Positions 59,076 to 64,000 of a DNA stretch of 64,000 nt are shown piece after piece. The stretch comes from a virus (taxonomy: Duplodnaviria; Caudoviricetes), in the IMG/VR virus record IMGVR_UViG_3300024493_000235, positions 32,001-96,000 of that record; one strand, written 5' to 3'. Under the pieces are notes generated by a model. It did not search any database. It worked only from the letters and a program-made list of their open reading frames with translations, and was not told the origin of the DNA. The translations under genes were made by a program, and so were the position numbers. Numbering within the stretch: position 1 is the stretch's first letter; every line of letters starts with the position of its first letter.

Positions 59076-59280
59076 TGTTTATGAGACTATCGCAGAACAG
59101 ATACAAAAACTAAGAGCGAAAACGGTGAAAACAAGCGACATCGCAACAGCGAATGCTATTGCAAACCAGATCGGAAAAGGCTTAAAAGCTGCAGCTCTTC
59201 AGATCAAATATACCGAGTTAAAGAATACTGCAGCAGGAAAAAATATGTCGGTACCTATTGTCGAACCAAGGAAAAAGTAA
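59041..59280 (+). CDS. Small helical phage protein
   Basis: 79-aa ORF, AAGGAG RBS; bidirectional terminator 59285-59310. Confidence 0.65.
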   Translation: MAVPKPELSVDDVYETIAEQIQKLRAKTVKTSDIATANAIANQIGKGLKAAALQIKYTELKNTAAGKNMSVPIVEPRKK

Positions 59281-59317
59281 ATTTATCCAGGAGCCTTAAG
59301 GCTCCTGGATTTGTGTT

Positions 59318-59827
59318 TTATTCTGTCCCTATTTTTTCTTTGAGTTTCTGCGAATAATCTGATATTTCATCTATTATGTTAGACACTTTATCGCAGAACC
59401 CTTTGGGCCGATTGGTCAACGTTGTATACTGATCCATATCGACATTGTCGTAAAAGTCTGGATCCAAAGCGTCAGGTACAACAAATCGTATTTCTTTGGG
59501 GAAAGGAAATACGACGCTATAGCAATCCTTTAAGAAAGCTTTTAATGATACAAGACGAATAAGTTCAATTACGACATCAGAATATGTATAAATACACGCA
59601 GGAAATGCGTGATGTACATATAACTTTTCTCCGAAATCAAGTAATTTCTTTTCAATCTCGTCGGGATGAATTGGAAGTCCTCCGTTAACTTCGATGTTAG
59701 ATTCCCTTAACGTTTGAGTAACTTCAGGCCAAAATAATTCCGACTCAAAGAAATGTACACCCTCCCATTTTTTCAAATCAAAATTCTTTGGAACTGAACC
59801 CCAAAATACATATAATTTTTTATCCAT
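59318..59827 (-). CDS. Truncated ABC-ATPase C-terminal (DUF3696-like) family protein
   Basis: KLYVFWG, FWPE...PIHP, YTYSDVVIELIR, RPKGFCD; promoter 59846-59855 (-). Confidence 0.7.
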   Translation of the reverse strand: MDKKLYVFWGSVPKNFDLKKWEGVHFFESELFWPEVTQTLRESNIEVNGGLPIHPDEIEKKLLDFGEKLYVHHAFPACIYTYSDVVIELIRLVSLKAFLKDCYSVVFPFPKEIRFVVPDALDPDFYDNVDMDQYTTLTNRPKGFCDKVSNIIDEISDYSQKLKEKIGTE

Positions 59828-59980
59828 TTTTGTCTCCTTACCTCAATGATATATATTTATTTCAAAGGATCATACATAACAATCATAGATATTTTTCATA
59901 GTTATGATAGACCTAATATATCGTAAATACAAAGGTTAGGAGTATATATCATTTTGATATGTAAAAGGAGAATTACAAAA

Positions 59981-62029
59981 ATGGCAAGACCGAGAAGTTT
60001 TGAGCCAGGAAAATCTAAGCATTGCAAGTACCGGACTTTTGGGAAAACGTGCACATCGTGTGGAAAAACGTTTTTAATCACTAGCCGCAACATCTTACGT
60101 CGTCAAGGAAGAAAACGGCCGACAGATATATGCGAGGTATGTCTTAGGGCCCAAGACAACCAAACAAGATTTGGAGAAAACTACGAAGAATGGAAAGATG
60201 ACGTAAACGCAAAAAGAAAGAAAACCGTACAAAAACATTACGGCGTTGATCATCAAATGCGCAGCAAAAAAGTTAAACAGAAAGTTGTTGCAACAACACG
60301 TAAATGCTACGGAGTTGACAATGTTGCCCATTGTCCAGAAATCGTCGAAAAACGAAAAGCGACAATGAGGAAACGACATGGTGTGGATTATTCGTTATCA
60401 TCGGCAGTTCTAAGAAAAAAGGCACGACAAACGACGTTTAAAAGATTTGGCGTAGAAAATGTAGCATTACTTCCTGAGAATCAAGCAAAATTGCATTCTG
60501 CAGAAACACAAGCAAAACGTAAAGCTACTATGTTAACACGATTTGGTGTCGACTCGATGTTTAAGTTGAAAAATTTTCACGACATGAGAAGAAAAGGATG
60601 CATCAGAAATAGCGGAGAACCAGAACCTCAACTTAGAAAAAGTGGAAAGTCAGAAGCAGAAAAATCTATCACATCGAAACTGATGTTTATTTGCACAGAA
60701 GGGTTGTTAAAAGACAAACACCTTGTTGTATGCGATGATCCAAAAGATAATACAACCTGTATTACTGTACATGGTGTATTATATAGCCATAGTTGGGACA
60801 TCACAATCAGAGATCAATCTGGCAGTTTAATTCTTGTAATAGATTACGACGGTGATTATTATCATGGGGAAAAGTTTGCTGATTATGATGCTATCATACA
60901 AGCCGAATACAAAGATACCGAACGGTTTATGACAATACCAAAAGGTGTAATGTGGCACATCATAAATGAAAACGGTTTCGATACAGCCATTGAAGATGTC
61001 GTAAAGATTCTTGGATACGATTACTCCGGATTTTTGAAAAGCCTGTATGACTTTGCATGCTCCATTCAATTCCCATTCTGCAAAGACTATCCAGAATACT
61101 ATAATGATAAAACGTTATTAGGAAGTTGGCATAGACTCTGTAATTATGGCGAAGAAGACATAACAAAACCGCGATATAAATATTACAACTATGACAAACT
61201 TGAAAAGGTTGCGGACAAGTCCCGTACAGGAGGGAAACTTATTAACTATTTCCACCCATCTATTTACAAATGTAGATCTCGTGATAAGCCATCTCCATAT
61301 GAAGCATGGCACCATGTTGATGAAAATGGGGATCGCAACTTGTTAATGAAGGCAATAAAAAACCGCATGATATATTCTGCACGATATCAGCCGTTTAGAA
61401 TTCTTCAAGGCTTTTCTAATTCGTATATTGCACCGAAAGTAACGGTATTTTCTCCATCACGAGCACGACTCTATTTGCACAAATATGCACGAAAATTCAA
61501 TACAGTATTTGATCCGTTTATGGGTTATTCAGGTCGTATGCTTGGTGCATTATCTCTTGAAAAAAATTACATCGGATCGGATATAAATCCGACCATTTTT
61601 GAAGAAGCTGGAGACATCGTCAAATGGTTGGACAAAAATAAAGAACTCGCCGCCGATGTTTGCATTACATGCAAGGATATTTTAACATACGAAAGAGGTA
61701 CACAATACGAATGCTTATTCACATGTCCTCCGTATAAAGATCTTGAAATATGGTGGGATGATTTGACACAGACGGAAATACGATCAAACAATACTGCTGA
61801 AGAATGGGTTATGTATTGTCTTGAAATGTTTGAGTGTACGCGATACATTTTTGTTGTTGATGCTCGTTGTAACAAGTTTCAACCATACGTTGTTCATATT
61901 TGTAATTCTATAATAGAAAACAAATATAACTCGTATAAACGGGAAAAAGTTCTTGTTATAGATTTTGAAGACAGGAACAGAATGGGGTTTGGACAACAAA
62001 ATTTCAAATTTAGTATCGTTAAAGAATAA
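59981..62029 (+). CDS. Zn-ribbon + YG-repeat + Vsr/DUF559-like endonuclease + amino-methyltransferase fusion (paralog of 41654)
   Basis: CTSCG...CEVC, YGVD repeats, SWD...LVIDYDGDYYHG, FDPFMGYSGRMLG, LFTCPPY; start ATG 59981. Confidence 0.75.
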   Translation: MARPRSFEPGKSKHCKYRTFGKTCTSCGKTFLITSRNILRRQGRKRPTDICEVCLRAQDNQTRFGENYEEWKDDVNAKRKKTVQKHYGVDHQMRSKKVKQKVVATTRKCYGVDNVAHCPEIVEKRKATMRKRHGVDYSLSSAVLRKKARQTTFKRFGVENVALLPENQAKLHSAETQAKRKATMLTRFGVDSMFKLKNFHDMRRKGCIRNSGEPEPQLRKSGKSEAEKSITSKLMFICTEGLLKDKHLVVCDDPKDNTTCITVHGVLYSHSWDITIRDQSGSLILVIDYDGDYYHGEKFADYDAIIQAEYKDTERFMTIPKGVMWHIINENGFDTAIEDVVKILGYDYSGFLKSLYDFACSIQFPFCKDYPEYYNDKTLLGSWHRLCNYGEEDITKPRYKYYNYDKLEKVADKSRTGGKLINYFHPSIYKCRSRDKPSPYEAWHHVDENGDRNLLMKAIKNRMIYSARYQPFRILQGFSNSYIAPKVTVFSPSRARLYLHKYARKFNTVFDPFMGYSGRMLGALSLEKNYIGSDINPTIFEEAGDIVKWLDKNKELAADVCITCKDILTYERGTQYECLFTCPPYKDLEIWWDDLTQTEIRSNNTAEEWVMYCLEMFECTRYIFVVDARCNKFQPYVVHICNSIIENKYNSYKREKVLVIDFEDRNRMGFGQQNFKFSIVKE

Positions 62030-62034
62030 AGTAA

Positions 62035-62063
62035 ATCCACAGGGCCATTATGGCCCTGTGGAT
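62035..62063. terminator. Bidirectional terminator, GGCC-core family
   Basis: ATCCACAGGGCC-ATTAT-GGCCCTGTGGAT. Confidence 0.8.
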
Positions 62064-62082
62064 ATTTTTTGTTTGTGTTTCC

Positions 62083-63870
62083 TTACGGAGTCGTCGGGGT
62101 AGCGGCAGTTTTCGGTTTGGTGAACTGAGTTCCGTCGTTTCCTGTAATCTTCAGGTTGAAGTTCATCGGCAGGAAGCTCTGGAAAGTATGGCGCTTTGTA
62201 ATCATGATTGAGGGCACGACGCTGTTATGCGGATTCTGATACCCACGTGATACCGTATAACTGAAAGGATGATATAAAGCAGTTGGTCTCTTATCATCCA
62301 CCGAGGTGAAGAAGCCAAGAATACCGGTGTCCTGTTGAATTTCAGGAGTATAGATACAGCGTACCTTACCGTTAATGATGTTTGTCGAGAACCCGAAGGT
62401 GTAACCGACTTTAAAGCCGAACACATCGTCCCTGTTCGTATCGGCATCACCGTTCAACTGGGCGAAGCCTTCGTACTTGAAATCGGGAACGTGCATCATG
62501 TTGTTCGCGTGTCCCACCATACACCAGTAGCCGTCTTCAATACGGGAAGCTTGCCTTATAGTGTTGATGTAGAATGACACGCACTTCTTGAGCATGACAT
62601 CGACGTAGGAGGCCGGATTTTCTCCGTGGGCAACCCTTATATCAAATTCGGCGTTCGGGATATTCATTCCGCGAAGAACGTTCTGCGGAATGTAGGCGGC
62701 AGCAGCGGAACCTTTAAGCTCGTTCTTGTAGAACTGAAGCATTTCAACGTTCATAACACCGGCGTAAGTCTCGGATGCGATATCGGTCATCGCAACAACA
62801 TAATCACTTCCCTGGTGGCTTGTCGGATATTCCTGCAATAGCTCAACCGGGGTATTGATCATGACGTGCTGTCCGGCACCAATCATGACTTCCAGGCTGT
62901 GCTGTTCTTGCTTTAACTGAACAGGAGTTCTGTTGTCTTCTGGAGACAGGAACGCTTCAATTTCGAAACTCAAAATGTTGGCGTCGGTTGTCATCGCTCT
63001 CATGCGGCCAGTTCCCAAGTCAATGATGACTGTGAGGGCAGCCGGGTTGTCGGCATCATCCGGATCCAAGACGATATCGGTATTAAAAAGGAGGTCCCCT
63101 GCTTTACCGGTTTTGCTTGACGGTTGAACTTTGGCCGGGAAGGTCTGCGTTGTGCCAGCTTTATCTTTGTATGTGATATTGCGAACGCAGATTCTCCTGT
63201 CGATAGCACGGCCATCATACTTCTGGCGTACGCTCGAATCAAGACATATATCCAAGAAGTTATCGGAGAAGGATTGTTTGCCGGATCCGAAAGTAATCTT
63301 TGTGAATCCGTCAGTCGTCTTTGACGCTTGAGGATGGATTCCCGCAGGAGCGAGCCGTCTTAACCCGATAACAGGTTCGGCGTCATCAACCATTGAATAA
63401 GGAAGATCCTTGCGGGTTGCACCGTCGACAATGTACGGTATATCGAAGGTCAAGGTATACGTCGGCTGCTTTAAGGCTACAACGCGCATAAGAGCCGGGA
63501 CTATACACCTCGCCCAAATGGCACGGATTACAGGTCCATTAAGGTATGCGAATGTCGTCACGTTTCCGACAGAACCGTCTTCAGCGGTGATATCTTCGCC
63601 ATGACAGACAATACTTCTGTCACGATCGAGGAGTTCACCCATTGTGGCTTTAGCGTCTTCGTTTGCGATATCTCCAAACATGGATTCTTTGTACTTTGCA
63701 TACTCATTTGAGTCTTCAAATACGGAGATTATTCCAGCTTTGGAACCGATAGAAATTCCTCTTTCGGCGAAAGCTTCCATAGTGAGAGTGAGGGCGCTGT
63801 TAAACGGATGGTTTCGCGGCTTGGGGATTTCTTTTGTCTCGTAGGTAATACTACCAACATTTATAGGCAT
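62083..63870 (-). CDS. Major capsid protein (AR9/phiKZ-type)
   Basis: 595 aa, GAGGAG RBS, GC-richer codon usage like sheath and tube; C-terminal YRNP-like segment YQNP...PSIM..RH.F....P...LKI. Confidence 0.7.
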   Translation of the reverse strand: MPINVGSITYETKEIPKPRNHPFNSALTLTMEAFAERGISIGSKAGIISVFEDSNEYAKYKESMFGDIANEDAKATMGELLDRDRSIVCHGEDITAEDGSVGNVTTFAYLNGPVIRAIWARCIVPALMRVVALKQPTYTLTFDIPYIVDGATRKDLPYSMVDDAEPVIGLRRLAPAGIHPQASKTTDGFTKITFGSGKQSFSDNFLDICLDSSVRQKYDGRAIDRRICVRNITYKDKAGTTQTFPAKVQPSSKTGKAGDLLFNTDIVLDPDDADNPAALTVIIDLGTGRMRAMTTDANILSFEIEAFLSPEDNRTPVQLKQEQHSLEVMIGAGQHVMINTPVELLQEYPTSHQGSDYVVAMTDIASETYAGVMNVEMLQFYKNELKGSAAAAYIPQNVLRGMNIPNAEFDIRVAHGENPASYVDVMLKKCVSFYINTIRQASRIEDGYWCMVGHANNMMHVPDFKYEGFAQLNGDADTNRDDVFGFKVGYTFGFSTNIINGKVRCIYTPEIQQDTGILGFFTSVDDKRPTALYHPFSYTVSRGYQNPHNSVVPSIMITKRHTFQSFLPMNFNLKITGNDGTQFTKPKTAATPTTP

Positions 63871-63883
63871 ATGTTTCTCCTCT

Positions 63884-64000
63884 TCACAGGTTCGACTGTG
63901 ATTGTTTAAAAATAAAGGCGGGATATAACACTACTCTTTCGCTTCTTTTCCAGAGTTCGGCTTCTGGTCTATCTGCAATCGAGCAAGTTGTTCGAGTATC
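63884..64000 (-). CDS. Possible 3' end of an upstream gene (partial)
   Basis: Open frame ILEQLARLQ...QSNL* ending just before the capsid RBS. Confidence 0.35.
   Translation of the reverse strand, partial: DTRTTCSIADRPEAELWKRSERVVLYPAFIFKQSQSNL

Noticed and set aside
10950-62055. GGCCATTATGGCC and GGCCATTACGGCC are identical to SfiI sites in SMART cloning adaptors
   Set aside because: Each lies inside a longer locus-specific perfect stem at a gene end with no adjoining adaptor sequence, so these are natural terminators and not contamination
1-64000. Stop-codon reassignment, seen in some large phages
   Set aside because: Core genes are full length under the standard code, and TAA, TAG and TGA all end genes directly before terminators or the next gene
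1-64000. tRNA genes, CRISPR arrays, IS transposases, and introns or inteins in RNAP/polymerase genes
   Set aside because: None recognised by eye; RNAP and PolB ORFs are contiguous and of expected size. A tRNAscan/Infernal run was not possible

Overview
AT-rich, gene-dense segment of a jumbo myophage of the AR9/PBS1-phiKZ type, translated with the standard code. Core genes are two beta-prime-like subunits of split multisubunit RNA polymerases (5216-7204; 16582-18171, with GADHDGD), a probable sigma-like specificity subunit (21670-23235), an SF2 helicase, a split family-B DNA polymerase, a probable SSB, tail sheath, tail tube and major capsid protein. Between them lie accessory arrays of short paralogous genes built as promoter-gene-terminator units. 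Two promoter classes are visible: TATATAT(A/C/T)AT (over 20 copies, before accessory genes) and AACA-N6-TA (before core and structural genes, matching the AR9 non-virion RNAP consensus). The main candidates for new biology are: (1) a five-copy, covarying ~75-nt leader hairpin at fixed distance from the first promoter class; (2) a PurZ-type rather than PurA-type synthetase (QYGSEGKG, PIRV, TFANY), which raises the possibility of a 2-aminoadenine genome; (3) three paralogous endonuclease-methyltransferase fusions with a CPPY-type motif, one flanked by a duplication of the tail-tube 3' end; (4) five copies of a Walker-A-less C-terminal half of DUF3696-type ABC ATPases, possibly anti-defence decoys; (5) a ~190-nt structured candidate ncRNA. 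All family assignments come from motif recognition by eye, with no database searches.
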